From sequence record DRR723986_6741: 51,902 bases of DNA, one strand, 5' to 3'. Each line of letters opens with the position of its first letter. Positions within the stretch are counted from its first letter, which is position 1. A program made the position numbers and the translations under genes. Below, piece by piece: positions 38,076 through 47,173 of the stretch. The notes beneath the pieces were generated by a model. It searched no databases. It had not been told where the DNA came from and saw only the letters and a list, made by a program, of their open reading frames with translations.

Positions 38076-39647
38076 TTGAGTACGGAATTGTTAATCGATT
38101 CTGCTCAAAACGGAAGTCGAATTGCCCTCCTTCAAGACAAGAGCCTGGTTGAGTTGCATTCCGAAGGAATGGACAATCAGTTCAAAGTTGGAGATATTTA
38201 TCTCGGTACGGTCCGCAAAATCGTCAATGGGCTCAATGCAGCCTTCATTGACGTAGGTTATGAGAAAGACGCCTTTCTTCATTACCAGGACCTCGGGGCA
38301 AATTTCAACAGCCTGACGAAGTTCACCAAAATGGTGCGCAACAACAACTACGGCAATTACAATTTGAAGGGTTTTGAGAACGAACCTGAAATCGATAAGA
38401 TTGGAAAAATATCTGGTCCTCTATCGAAAAACCAGCAAATACTGGTTCAGGTCGTCAAAGAACCCATCTCTACGAAGGGGCCTCGACTATCCTGTGAGCT
38501 CTCTCTACCAGGTCGCTACCTCGTGTTGGTTCCCTTCTCAGATTCGGTCAACGTATCCAAGAAGATCAGAAGCAACGAGGAAAGAAGACGTCTCCTGAGA
38601 CTCATCAATTCCATCAAACCAGCCAATTTCGGAGTAATAATCCGTACAGTGGCGGAAGGTCAGTCCGTTAGTGACTTAGATAAAGACCTTCGTAATCTTC
38701 TCACTAACTGGGAAGAAGGCATGGCAAAATTGTTGAAAGCCAAGAGTCGCGACAAAATAATTGGAGAGATGAGCATGGCTTCCTCACTTGTGAGAGACCT
38801 GCTCAACGAATCATTCGACGCAATCACCGTAGAAGAAGAATCTACTTACGATCAGATCAGATCCTACATCAGGAATATAGCTCCTGAAAAAGAAAAAATT
38901 GTAAAGCTTTACAATGGTAAAGCCAAGCTATTTGAAAATTTTGGAATAGAAAAGCAGATCAAAAGCTTGTTTGGACAAACGGTCAGCCTTCCGCAAGGAG
39001 GGTATGTGATCATCGAGCACACAGAAGCCCTGCACGTCATCGACGTGAACAGTGGTAATAAGTCCAACCAAGAAAGTGACCAGGAATCTACGGCCTTAAA
39101 AACCAATCTGGTCGCAGCTAAAGAAATTGGCAGACAGCTCCGACTCCGGGATATGGGAGGAATTATCGTGGTCGATTTTATCGACATGAAGAGGGCCGAA
39201 AATAAAAAAGCCATCTACGAAGCGATGAAGGACGAGCTTAAGTTTGATAGGTCTAAGCATACTGTTTTGCCGCTGAGCAAATTTGGGCTCATGCAGATCA
39301 CCAGACAGCGAGTAAGGCCTGAGGTCAATATTGTGACCAAAGAGACTTGCCCGGCTTGCAACGGCACCGGCAAAATTCAAGCGTCTATTTTGATAGCTGA
39401 TAAGCTAGAAAGAGACGTAGATCATATTGCTACTATCCAAAATGTGAGTAAAATACAAATTGGGCTGCATCCCTACCTGCACGCATACTTCACTACAGGC
39501 ATTATTAGCCGAAGAGTAAAGTGGTTTTTCAAGTATAATAAGTGGATAAAACTGATCAAAGATTCTTCCCTACCCGTGACGGAATACAGATTCTTGGATG
39601 AATCTGGAGAGGAAATCGAACTACAAGTAAAAAGCGAGACTGAATAG
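38076..39647 (+). CDS. Ribonuclease E/G family (short, RNase G-like)
   Basis: S1 domain GDIYLG.V...AAFIDVG, KEP..TKGPRL, IDVNSG, LRLRDMGGIIVVDFIDM, Zn-link CPACNGTG; TTG start. Confidence 0.95.
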   Translation: MSTELLIDSAQNGSRIALLQDKSLVELHSEGMDNQFKVGDIYLGTVRKIVNGLNAAFIDVGYEKDAFLHYQDLGANFNSLTKFTKMVRNNNYGNYNLKGFENEPEIDKIGKISGPLSKNQQILVQVVKEPISTKGPRLSCELSLPGRYLVLVPFSDSVNVSKKIRSNEERRRLLRLINSIKPANFGVIIRTVAEGQSVSDLDKDLRNLLTNWEEGMAKLLKAKSRDKIIGEMSMASSLVRDLLNESFDAITVEEESTYDQIRSYIRNIAPEKEKIVKLYNGKAKLFENFGIEKQIKSLFGQTVSLPQGGYVIIEHTEALHVIDVNSGNKSNQESDQESTALKTNLVAAKEIGRQLRLRDMGGIIVVDFIDMKRAENKKAIYEAMKDELKFDRSKHTVLPLSKFGLMQITRQRVRPEVNIVTKETCPACNGTGKIQASILIADKLERDVDHIATIQNVSKIQIGLHPYLHAYFTTGIISRRVKWFFKYNKWIKLIKDSSLPVTEYRFLDESGEEIELQVKSETE

Positions 39648-39661
39648 TCTCGCTTTTTTTT
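39629..39661. terminator. Intrinsic terminator overlapping the RNase E/G stop codon
   Basis: AAAAAGCGAGACT-GAAT-AGTCTCGCTTTTT followed by a T-run. Confidence 0.88.
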
Positions 39662-39754
39662 ATGAATTTTTTTATCCTGGAAGGCTCAAAGATTACCTGA
39701 TATTGCAAGGTTTTGTTTGAGCTGTGATCTTACTTCGATATTTGATTGTTTTGC

Positions 39755-40885
39755 CTACTTGGTTCTCGACTTTACTTCATTGATTTTTGAGAAGTCAATT
39801 ATCGCATATGCCACGATATCGTCTGTCGTTTTGGTATAAAGATTTAAGGCATAACCTTGGGGCGTGTTAAACCCAAACTTGGCCAATTCTACAGTATTGA
39901 ATTTTATTTCTGCTTCTGGATTCAACTCTTGATCAAAAACTAAAAGGCGATACTCTTGCCTCTTTGGGTAATCTTCATTAGGTCCTTTTATTCTAACCCA
40001 CCGTAAGATTTTTTCAGCATAGGCATCCAAATCCAGTCCTTCATATTTACTGCTTTCATAATTTGGTTGAAATACAATGTATTCTCCACTCGGAATAGTG
40101 ATCCCTTTTTTGAATTCTAGGGGAGCCGTCGTTCCTGCCCATTTCCAACTTTGCTTTCCATTTTTTAGGATAGCTAAAGAGTCTGAGATAGAAAAACTTA
40201 TTAGATGCTCATTGGATTTAGGGTTATAAACATGGCTAAATAACCCCAACTGGTCATCGTCGGTGTACTCTGTTATAGATTGAGGGTAAAGAAATTGGTA
40301 ATTTGAAAAGCTATTTGTTTCCCTATTGAAAACCATTCCCCACTTATCATAGTCCACAAAATCCTCTTTAAAAACAAAGGGGATGTCGACAAAAAATAGC
40401 TCATTTCCTGATTTTTGGAGGTTATTGTGTACGATGCTTGAGTAGTTTGCATACCCTCTTTTGCTATCTACTTCAGGTAAATCCCATCTCCCAAGTACAT
40501 TTCCATTTAAATCAGCTTGAATCAATTCTTTCTGCTGTGATAGAAAGTAAATACTACTATGATCCATGAAATTGCCGGTGATAAAGGAACCTATACCATC
40601 TGGCCCTTCTTTTTCGAAAGATTGTCTTTTTAACAGTTTTCCTTTTGGATAGCTATAAATTAGTAATTCATGATTTAGATAGGTTGCCATTATTTTTCCT
40701 GAATCAGTATCGGAAAATGAAAAATAGGAGCCGAGATTTTTGGTCAATGTATCCTTCTCCAAATACAGGGTATCTACAATCAAATCCTTCAGATCAAGGA
40801 TCGGCATTTCTTTTTGAGACTTTGTGGAGCAAGAAATGCCAATAATACAGAAGGCGAAAAAAGTGAGTAATGTAAATCTTTTCAT
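39755..40885 (-). CDS. DUF4221-like lipoprotein
   Basis: Lipobox IGISC; FEKEGPDGIG motif; beta-rich. Confidence 0.7.
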   Translation of the reverse strand: MKRFTLLTFFAFCIIGISCSTKSQKEMPILDLKDLIVDTLYLEKDTLTKNLGSYFSFSDTDSGKIMATYLNHELLIYSYPKGKLLKRQSFEKEGPDGIGSFITGNFMDHSSIYFLSQQKELIQADLNGNVLGRWDLPEVDSKRGYANYSSIVHNNLQKSGNELFFVDIPFVFKEDFVDYDKWGMVFNRETNSFSNYQFLYPQSITEYTDDDQLGLFSHVYNPKSNEHLISFSISDSLAILKNGKQSWKWAGTTAPLEFKKGITIPSGEYIVFQPNYESSKYEGLDLDAYAEKILRWVRIKGPNEDYPKRQEYRLLVFDQELNPEAEIKFNTVELAKFGFNTPQGYALNLYTKTTDDIVAYAIIDFSKINEVKSRTK

Positions 40886-40935
40886 TAATGGGAGAAGGAA
40901 GTGTTTTGTAAATTAACTATTCCGGTATGAAAAAC

Positions 40936-42153
40936 TTACCGTTTAATAAATTGAAACTGATCCCATTGGTTTACAATAATCAGAGTAGGCTCATTATCCA
41001 CAAATCCATATTCTAATAGTAGTTTTTGCACCCTCAGCGAATGGGTGCCATTTTCAAGATTAGAGATATCTATTCCTGTTTGATATATTTTTTGCTTAGT
41101 GGTTCCGATTCTATGTTTCGACCAAGAATCTATTTTAACTAATTGCTCATCTATATAAACCCTATGAAGGTCTGCAGTTTCTTTAAGGGTTTTCCATCCC
41201 AGAGAATCTAACTCATTAGCAAAATCCGTATTCAATTGCTCAATTATTTTTCCATCTCCCTCATATCTGGCAATGCCTAACCTTAGATAGTCGTCACTGA
41301 TTTCTTCGGATGGAATAAAGGTTCTTGGATACCTAGTATTGAAATCATGTTCTGTTTCATAATGCAGATACTTGGCCGACCACTCCAATTCCTTTTCAAT
41401 TAATCCTCGATCATTATTATAAGTAGTGAAGTCCTGAGTATCAGATATAATAATAGGAGTAGAGAAAGCAAAAATCAAAAAAGCGTAAACTACAGCTAGC
41501 CATTTACCTATGTTACTTTGATATATGGCTGAAATAGAATTTAACATACTTTGAGTATACCATGTTTTGAGTTTAGTTTTCTTTTTGGCAAAAGTCAATG
41601 CCATGAAACCAATCATACTCACCATGAAAATCACATAAATGATAAAAAAATTGAGATCGAACCAGACGTAAATACCAATCAATAATCCTAGATAGACTGT
41701 AAAAGTCAGGAAAACCAACACTAGTGAAACCGGATAGGCGAATGTCATACTGCAGACTTTTTCTAACCGGAGCACCATATCTGCTGGCTTTTGGTATTCA
41801 TAGTCCTGAGCCATTTTGAACAGGTTCTTATTGATGACACCTTCGGGAAATGCATAACTAAGTCCTAAGAGTCCTGCCCACACAAATCGAAGGCAAAGAT
41901 GTACCACAAAAAATATCTTAAAAACTGAAACGACCGTGGTCAGATAAAAAAGAATCAACAAACTCGGAAAATACCCCACACCAATTTCCTGAATAAGGTA
42001 AACAGAGAACTCATAAATTTTCGCCGGGAAGACAAACAAAAATGCAAGGGTAATACCCGATATAATCACCTCCGGTTCCCAGCTATTCCGCTGGAGATTT
42101 TCGAGCCAAGTGAGCTCTTCCTGCTTTCGTTCGTAATCTGTGCTTTTATTCAT
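40936..42153 (-). CDS. Hypothetical membrane protein (about 5 TM helices plus C-terminal soluble domain)
   Basis: LQRNSWEPEVIISG N-terminus, HLCLRFVWAGLLGL, several TM helices, beta-rich C-terminus. Confidence 0.75.
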   Translation of the reverse strand: MNKSTDYERKQEELTWLENLQRNSWEPEVIISGITLAFLFVFPAKIYEFSVYLIQEIGVGYFPSLLILFYLTTVVSVFKIFFVVHLCLRFVWAGLLGLSYAFPEGVINKNLFKMAQDYEYQKPADMVLRLEKVCSMTFAYPVSLVLVFLTFTVYLGLLIGIYVWFDLNFFIIYVIFMVSMIGFMALTFAKKKTKLKTWYTQSMLNSISAIYQSNIGKWLAVVYAFLIFAFSTPIIISDTQDFTTYNNDRGLIEKELEWSAKYLHYETEHDFNTRYPRTFIPSEEISDDYLRLGIARYEGDGKIIEQLNTDFANELDSLGWKTLKETADLHRVYIDEQLVKIDSWSKHRIGTTKQKIYQTGIDISNLENGTHSLRVQKLLLEYGFVDNEPTLIIVNQWDQFQFIKR

Positions 42154-42190
42154 CTTTCAAAAAATACATTAGAAATTCGATTTATCTAAA

Positions 42191-42943
42191 TTATTGATCG
42201 AGCCAGCTTTTGAAATCCGATACTTTTTCCCGGCTTATTAAAATATCCTGATCCCGGCAATTTTTCAAAGTCACTTTCAAACGACTATTGGAATAGGAGA
42301 AAATTTCATCAATCCCTTCTAGGCTGCTCAGGTATTTTCGGTTTAACCGAAAGAATTTTACTGGGTCTACCTGGGATTCCGTTAGTTCTAAAGTGCTTTC
42401 CAACACGTATTTTTTTCCATCCAGTGTATGCAAAAAAGTAATTCGTTCTTCGCTGTTAAAATACAAAATATCATCCACTGGTATACTTTGAATCTTCTCT
42501 CCAAAGCGTACCAAAAACCGGGATTTGTAGGTTGATTTTGTTGGATTAAGTAGGGTTTTCAAGACATCCAATTCTATGGATGATCGGATTTGGTTACTTT
42601 TAAACTTATCCACAGCTCTAGCCAAATCATTTGGATCAATTGGCTTCAAAAGGTAGTCGATAGCGTTCACCTGAAAAGCTTTGATGGCATATTGGTCGAA
42701 TGCTGTAGTGAAAATAATTGGTGTGGATAAACTTATTTTTTCAAAAATTGAAAAGCTGATTCCATCTGCTAATTGTATATCGCTGAATATTAAATCTGGC
42801 TGATTATTTTGTTGAAACCACCGAACAGAATTAGAAACGCTGTCTAAATTTTCAATTATTTCAGCATCTGGAAAATGCCTCTTTATTTGCATTTTAAGCA
42901 GATTGGCAGCAGGTTTTTCGTCTTCTATAATCACTATTCTCAT
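42191..42943 (-). CDS. LytTR-family response regulator
   Basis: IIEDE, DLIFSDIQL.DG, IFTTAFD, DYLLKP; LytTR domain FFRLNRKY, ISREK. Confidence 0.95.
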   Translation of the reverse strand: MRIVIIEDEKPAANLLKMQIKRHFPDAEIIENLDSVSNSVRWFQQNNQPDLIFSDIQLADGISFSIFEKISLSTPIIFTTAFDQYAIKAFQVNAIDYLLKPIDPNDLARAVDKFKSNQIRSSIELDVLKTLLNPTKSTYKSRFLVRFGEKIQSIPVDDILYFNSEERITFLHTLDGKKYVLESTLELTESQVDPVKFFRLNRKYLSSLEGIDEIFSYSNSRLKVTLKNCRDQDILISREKVSDFKSWLDQ

Positions 42944-44013
42944 GTGGATAACTCTAAAATTGGCAGTTTGACCAAGAACTCATCTTCCGTCTGAATTACT
43001 TCCATATTTCTTTCAGAAAGGAGTTGATATCTCATTTTTATATTATTCAATCCTATTCCTGTTGATGGCTCAGTTTGGCTAGACTTAGGCTGAAAAGTAT
43101 TGCTAATCCATAAATCATTACCCTTTCTGTAGATGTGGATAAATAGTGGTTCACTTTGGCTCACAATATTATGTTTGATCGCATTTTCCAATAGAAGTTG
43201 GAGCGAAAGTGGTGGTATAAACCCGTTTTGATTCTCAATTTTTATCGAAAACTGTAAGCTTTCTTCAAATCTAATTTTCTGAAGTTCGAGATAATTTTTA
43301 GCAAAACTCTCTTCCTTTTCCAGCTCGATTAATTCCTCTTTTTGTGCTTCCAACACGTAGCGATATATACGGGATAGCTTCTGAATGAAAGCTGCAGATT
43401 TGTCTGCATTTTCATAAACTAAACTGGAAAGCACATTAAGCGAATTGAATAAAAAGTGGGGGTTCAATTGATCCTTCAAAGACTGATATTGACTTGCCAA
43501 TTTTTCGTTTCTAAGAATCTCGGCCTCGAGGGCTGACTTTCTCCATTCCAACAGCCATGATCGAGTAGTAAACAAAGCCATAAACCCCAATGCTATTCCC
43601 ATTGGCATCAGAGAATAGTTGAAGATCATCTTCCAAGGGATATTGTCAAGTGTAAAATTACCTTTGACCCAGGAATATATTCCTACAATGATGAATGAGA
43701 CCGAAAAGGCATAACTGAGATAAGTTACACTTGTTAGTATGAAACGTTTTGCAGGATGATGAATCCACGATATTCTTTTGTCATAAAAATTCTCGACAAC
43801 ATTACCGCCATAGCTCATCGCAATGGTAATACTTAAGGAGAAAAGGAAATCTGGTGCAAGGCTTTTAATTCCTTCCCAGCTTAAAAAACAACTTGGGCAG
43901 AAATACAACATCAGGACAGTTGCAATACCTAAGTTGATGACAAGAAAGCTTGGTAATGTACTCCAAATACCTCCTTTTGTTTTGCAGATTCCTTTATGGT
44001 CGATTTCTGACAT
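42940..44013 (-). CDS. LytS/YehU-family sensor histidine kinase
   Basis: About 4 TM helices; LKDQLNPHFLFNSLN; LQLLLENAIKHN; GIGLNNI; 4-nt overlap with the regulator. Confidence 0.95.
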   Translation of the reverse strand: MSEIDHKGICKTKGGIWSTLPSFLVINLGIATVLMLYFCPSCFLSWEGIKSLAPDFLFSLSITIAMSYGGNVVENFYDKRISWIHHPAKRFILTSVTYLSYAFSVSFIIVGIYSWVKGNFTLDNIPWKMIFNYSLMPMGIALGFMALFTTRSWLLEWRKSALEAEILRNEKLASQYQSLKDQLNPHFLFNSLNVLSSLVYENADKSAAFIQKLSRIYRYVLEAQKEELIELEKEESFAKNYLELQKIRFEESLQFSIKIENQNGFIPPLSLQLLLENAIKHNIVSQSEPLFIHIYRKGNDLWISNTFQPKSSQTEPSTGIGLNNIKMRYQLLSERNMEVIQTEDEFLVKLPILELST

Positions 44014-44028
44014 ATTGGGAAATTAATT

Positions 44029-44076
44029 AAAAAGCCTCAATTCCTTTCTGTGGTTGACGCAGAAAGAAATTAAGGC
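44029..44076 (-). terminator. Intra-cluster terminator-like hairpin
   Basis: Minus strand GCCTTAATTTCTTTCTG...CAGAAAGGAATTGAGGC then TTTTT; G-U pairs form only on the minus strand. Confidence 0.7.
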
Positions 44077-44089
44077 ATGTTTTCTTTGC

Positions 44090-44734
44090 TTAATTACATT
44101 TAGATGCGACCTGATCAGCTTGGGTTTTTCCCCAAGTAGGTAGGATATATTCTTCTGTGATTTTTGCTTGTTCTTTTTTGTAAAGCTCTAGGCTCATTCT
44201 AGCCATTCCGCATGCTTTTTCCGGTCCTGTTCCAAAGAACTGAGACATCCCTAGTTCCATTTGAGACATCAGAGAAACTGCTCTTGGATTCTCACGATCT
44301 AGGTTTATTGCTTTTCCAAAAAGTTGCATTGCTTCTGGGCTCATCGTCTGACCACGACCTGCAGGATCCAAAGATATTTTTCCCATTAAAATATATCCAT
44401 TAAGGGCGGTGATTTCGGAGTTTCCTGGAGCTATTTTTTCTGCTTTTTTGATTAATTCCAAAGCTTCGTCCAGACTTTTATCTTTATCAATATCGAATCG
44501 AAAAGCTGCTTCTGTTTTCAATAAAGCCGCATAATAGAATGGAAGCCATTCTGACTCGGCAGCCTCAGCAATTCTCATAAACCCATTAGTGACTTCCTGG
44601 GATTGTTCAAAGGTTTCAATTGTTGCTTTCGCAGCTAGTTGCTTTTGCATAGCTGCTATGAAAGCCGGATCAGCTGCTTGTGCTAAAGAAATTAATATAA
44701 AGGAAAGAGCGATGGTTAGGATTGATTTTTTCAT
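44090..44734 (-). CDS. Secreted TPR-like helical protein
   Basis: Signal peptide (AQA); FMRIA..EWLPFYYAA, NPRA, PTWG. Confidence 0.75.
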   Translation of the reverse strand: MKKSILTIALSFILISLAQAADPAFIAAMQKQLAAKATIETFEQSQEVTNGFMRIAEAAESEWLPFYYAALLKTEAAFRFDIDKDKSLDEALELIKKAEKIAPGNSEITALNGYILMGKISLDPAGRGQTMSPEAMQLFGKAINLDRENPRAVSLMSQMELGMSQFFGTGPEKACGMARMSLELYKKEQAKITEEYILPTWGKTQADQVASKCN

Positions 44735-44745
44735 GATTTTATGGA

Positions 44746-46905
44746 TTAAAGGTTGTTTAGATTATTTGCTGTTTTGTCTTTGGAAAGTGTGAGGAAAACT
44801 CCTAAAAATAGGAATCTAGGAGCGACTTGACCTTGAGGAATGGATTCAAATACACCTTGGGAATTCGTTTTTGGACTGTAGGTATAGCCGAAGACATTGT
44901 CTCTGCCCAAAACGTTGGAGCATGCAAGATGAATGATAAGGTTCGGTTTTGGTAAGTAGCTCCAGGATAAGCTTAGGTTTTGGAAGCTTTTGGTTTTGGC
45001 GTTCATATCTGAATTATCCAAGTTTGGGTTGGTGTAGCTGTAGCCATCATTGAAGGCAAATGAAGCTCCGATTTGAGATTTGAGGGGAACGATAAAATGC
45101 TTTATTACGACAGAGACATTATGCTTCGGAGCGAAACTTGGTTGAACTTGGGTTTCATATTGGTTGAAGCTTCTTTTGCTATCTACAAAGCTGTAGGTGA
45201 TCCAGTAGTCCGTATTTCGGAAGGTCTCACGATCTCTGAAAAAGAAATCAATTCCTCGGGCGTAGCCAGATCCATTAGTTGCGAGTTCTTTTGGATCGTC
45301 TGGCAACCCTTCAAATGTCACCAGCTGATCGTATGACTTGTAAAATGTTTCTGCTCTGAAGGTGAAGCCTTCTTTGGAAAACAGGTAGTTTAAAATCAAA
45401 TGATTTGATTCAGCATTTTCTAGATTGGTATTCAACACACGGAAGTTTTCCAAAGGCAATTGATGAAAGCTTCCTGTCGCAAAAGACAGCTGACCTTTAT
45501 CGCCGAGCTGATAAGCTACAGAGAATCTTGGATCCAACCATTTCTCATTAGATACCGAACTTGCGCCACCTCTCAAGCCTCCTCGAAATACAAGATCCTT
45601 ATTCAAATAGAAATCCCATTCAGTAAATAGATAGGTCTCATGATCTTTAAAGTCTCTCTTCCAACCTTCAGCAACCAACTTTTCTGAATAGGGGTGGATG
45701 AAATGCTCAACACCGAATTTTGCAGAAAGCCGATCGGAAAAGTCCTTGATTGCAGTTCCTTTGATATGAGCCAGTTCACTCTTGCGCTCGATGATTAAGC
45801 TATCATAGGCGATCTTGTCAAAATTATTGGAGTATGATATCCCTGTAAAAACCATCCAGTCATTTTTCAATGTTGTTCTCCAATTGGCCTGAGCATAGCT
45901 GTAATTATTTTTTAGATCTACCAAAACCAGCTTTTCAGTTCCTGGAAGTGGCTGCCAGAGGCTCATTCCTCCTGACTCAGTTCTTGCCATTATTTTAAGG
46001 AGTCCATTTTCTCCGGTTTTCTTTTGCGCAGCGACTTCCAAATCCCAGCCATTTGGAGCTTTTTCAAAATCAACTTCTTGCTTAATCAAACCTTGGTATG
46101 GTCCAAGATTGAAGTAGTTTGCACTTGCAGTGATGCTTTGCTTTTCATTGGCAAGTGTATGTGAATATCCTCCGCCGATAGTCATCAAGCTTAGGTCTCC
46201 TTGGCTTCTTTTTGAGAGGTCTTTTGTATTTAAAGCTAGGGCTGAGGAAAGTGCTTGACCATATTCAGCTGAATAGCCTCCGGTGCTAAAAAATGTTCCT
46301 TTAAATAGGTTAGGATTGAAGCGGGTGCGGGTCGGCACATTCCCGGCGGTGGTTCCATAGGCATTTCCTACACGCATTCCATCGATGTAGATCCCTACCT
46401 CGCTTGCATCTCCACCTCTTACGAATAGGCGACCATCATTTCCTACGGTGCTTGTGCCGGGAAGTGTCTGAAAAGCCCCCATGATATCGCCCATTGCACT
46501 TGGTGTAGTCACGATGTCGAGTGGCTTAAGGATTACAGATTTGCTTGCATCAGAAGCTTCCATTGCTCCGGCAGAGATTGTCACGGAGTTCATTTCGGTG
46601 ATCGCCTCAATTAATTCGATTGGCTGAACTTCATTGGAACCTTGTGCAATAGTAATCGCAAGCTCTTGTGTTTTGAAGCCAAGAAATTTGAAAACCAAAA
46701 CTTGAGCATCCCTTGCAGAAGTTTCGAACTGATAACTTCCATCTTGGCTACTAGTAGCTCCATCATAGCTTCCTTTGAGCTGGATGTTTGCTCCTAGCAG
46801 TGGTAATCCTTTTTCGTCCAGCACTTTTCCTCGGATAGTTGCTTGCGCAAAAGCTTGAGTTTGCAAAAGAAGAAAGGCGATAAAAAGTAAAAGTCGTGGA
46901 TTCAT
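44746..46905 (-). CDS. TonB-dependent receptor
   Basis: Signal peptide; CarboxypepD_reg-like N-domain; TLPG, LFVRGG, IDG; plug end STGGYSAEYGQALSS; beta-barrel. Confidence 0.92.
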   Translation of the reverse strand: MNPRLLLFIAFLLLQTQAFAQATIRGKVLDEKGLPLLGANIQLKGSYDGATSSQDGSYQFETSARDAQVLVFKFLGFKTQELAITIAQGSNEVQPIELIEAITEMNSVTISAGAMEASDASKSVILKPLDIVTTPSAMGDIMGAFQTLPGTSTVGNDGRLFVRGGDASEVGIYIDGMRVGNAYGTTAGNVPTRTRFNPNLFKGTFFSTGGYSAEYGQALSSALALNTKDLSKRSQGDLSLMTIGGGYSHTLANEKQSITASANYFNLGPYQGLIKQEVDFEKAPNGWDLEVAAQKKTGENGLLKIMARTESGGMSLWQPLPGTEKLVLVDLKNNYSYAQANWRTTLKNDWMVFTGISYSNNFDKIAYDSLIIERKSELAHIKGTAIKDFSDRLSAKFGVEHFIHPYSEKLVAEGWKRDFKDHETYLFTEWDFYLNKDLVFRGGLRGGASSVSNEKWLDPRFSVAYQLGDKGQLSFATGSFHQLPLENFRVLNTNLENAESNHLILNYLFSKEGFTFRAETFYKSYDQLVTFEGLPDDPKELATNGSGYARGIDFFFRDRETFRNTDYWITYSFVDSKRSFNQYETQVQPSFAPKHNVSVVIKHFIVPLKSQIGASFAFNDGYSYTNPNLDNSDMNAKTKSFQNLSLSWSYLPKPNLIIHLACSNVLGRDNVFGYTYSPKTNSQGVFESIPQGQVAPRFLFLGVFLTLSKDKTANNLNNL

Positions 46906-46962
46906 TTCGATTTAGATTTGAATCAAAAGTGCACGACTTGTCCTGTTGAAAAAATTAAAGCT

Positions 46963-47010
46963 GACTGAAGTGTAGCAATTGGCGACTGAAGTGTAAAAAT
47001 GTAAGACTGA
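46963..47010 (-). promoter_or_regulatory. LytTR-type operator: three direct repeats with 21-bp period
   Basis: GACTGAAGTGTA at 46963 and 46984, GACTGA at 47005; -7-like CACTTTTG (minus) at 46924-46931. Confidence 0.75.
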
Positions 47011-47083
47011 GTAAAATCCTCAGAAATGCAAAATAGTAGGAAAACAACTTGTGGTCACCTTGAAATTCAATTTGGGACACATG

Positions 47084-47122
47084 ATCTGTTGAAAACCTGG
47101 CATTACCAGGCTTTCAACAGAT
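47084..47122. terminator. Long hairpin downstream of the M14 peptidase gene (terminator or REP-like)
   Basis: ATCTGTTGAAA-A-CCTGG-CATTA-CCAGG-C-TTTCAACAGAT; no clear U-tract. Confidence 0.5.
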
Positions 47123-47173
47123 TGTAGTCATTTATACAAAATGATAGCTATAAGTAATTATAAGGTGGTTTTA

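Noticed and set aside
46963-47010. Direct repeats as a mini-CRISPR
   Set aside because: 12-bp repeats with 9-bp spacers are far too short and there are no cas genes; a LytTR operator fits better.
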